Of a stretch of 64,000 bases of DNA, positions 63,801 to 64,000 are shown piece after piece; positions within the stretch are counted from its first letter, which is position 1, and each line of letters opens with the position of its first letter. A program made the translations under genes and the position numbers. This DNA is from Eledone cirrhosa (lineage: Eukaryota): the NCBI GenBank assembly GCA_964016885.1, contig OZ024741.1:281604001-281668000 (forward strand). Direction: 5' to 3'. The notes under the pieces are model-generated. The model was not told where the DNA came from. It worked only from the letters and a program-made list of their open reading frames with translations, and did no database searches.

Positions 63801-64000
63801 ATGATTGTGAAGCAAACTCCTTAACCATTCAGATATACTGTGTTCCATACAGTGGAATTGAACCCCAGGACCTAATGATTGTGAAGCAAACTCTTTAACC
63901 ATTCAGATGTACTGTGTTCCATACAGTGGAATTGAACCCCAGGACCTAATGATTGTGAAGCAAACTCCTTAACCATTCAGATGTACTGTGTTCCATACAG
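60735..64000 (-). repeat. 74-bp satellite of tRNA-like SINE heads, at least 44 copies, running off the window
   Basis: Unit TTCCATACAGTGGAATTGAACCCCAGGACCTAATGATTGTGAAGCAAACTCCTTAACCATTCAGATGTACTGTG; the minus strand has A-box-like TCTGAATGGTTAAGG and B-box GGTTCAATTCC. Confidence 0.97.

Noticed and set aside
60735-64000. Genuine tRNA-Val(CAC) gene cluster
   Set aside because: Anticodon and T stems pair poorly, there are no spacers or terminators between units, and the array is contiguous with a SINE body.

Overview
AT-rich, repeat-dense eukaryotic DNA with no confidently identifiable host gene; probably intronic or intergenic. The repeat repertoire (tRNA-derived Deu/Nin- and CORE-type SINEs, RTE LINEs with (GAT)n tails, long (TA)n/(CA)n tracts) suggests an octopod cephalopod, which is an inference. 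Every long protein-like ORF comes from a decayed transposon: RTE LINEs with a PHD finger inside the RT region, CR1/L2, Rex3/Expander-like, Tx1-like, a Ty3/Gypsy integrase plus LTR, and two mariners. There are also many MITEs and fold-back palindromes. The last 9 kb is a satellite zone with 47/48-bp, ~40-bp, 20-bp and 74-bp arrays. The most notable signals are: (1) type I hammerhead ribozyme motifs in small modules embedded in (TA)n tracts (1710-1780 +, 19477-19525 -), with several decayed relatives; (2) an array of at least 44 copies of a 74-bp unit that is the tRNA-like Pol III promoter head of a SINE, with 370-bp higher-order structure, ending in one SINE body; (3) a 47/48-bp array grown from the RTE 3' UTR repeat; (4) an inverted duplication of a SINE-MITE-SINE-SINE composite about 16 kb apart. 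All calls were made by eye and no searches were run.
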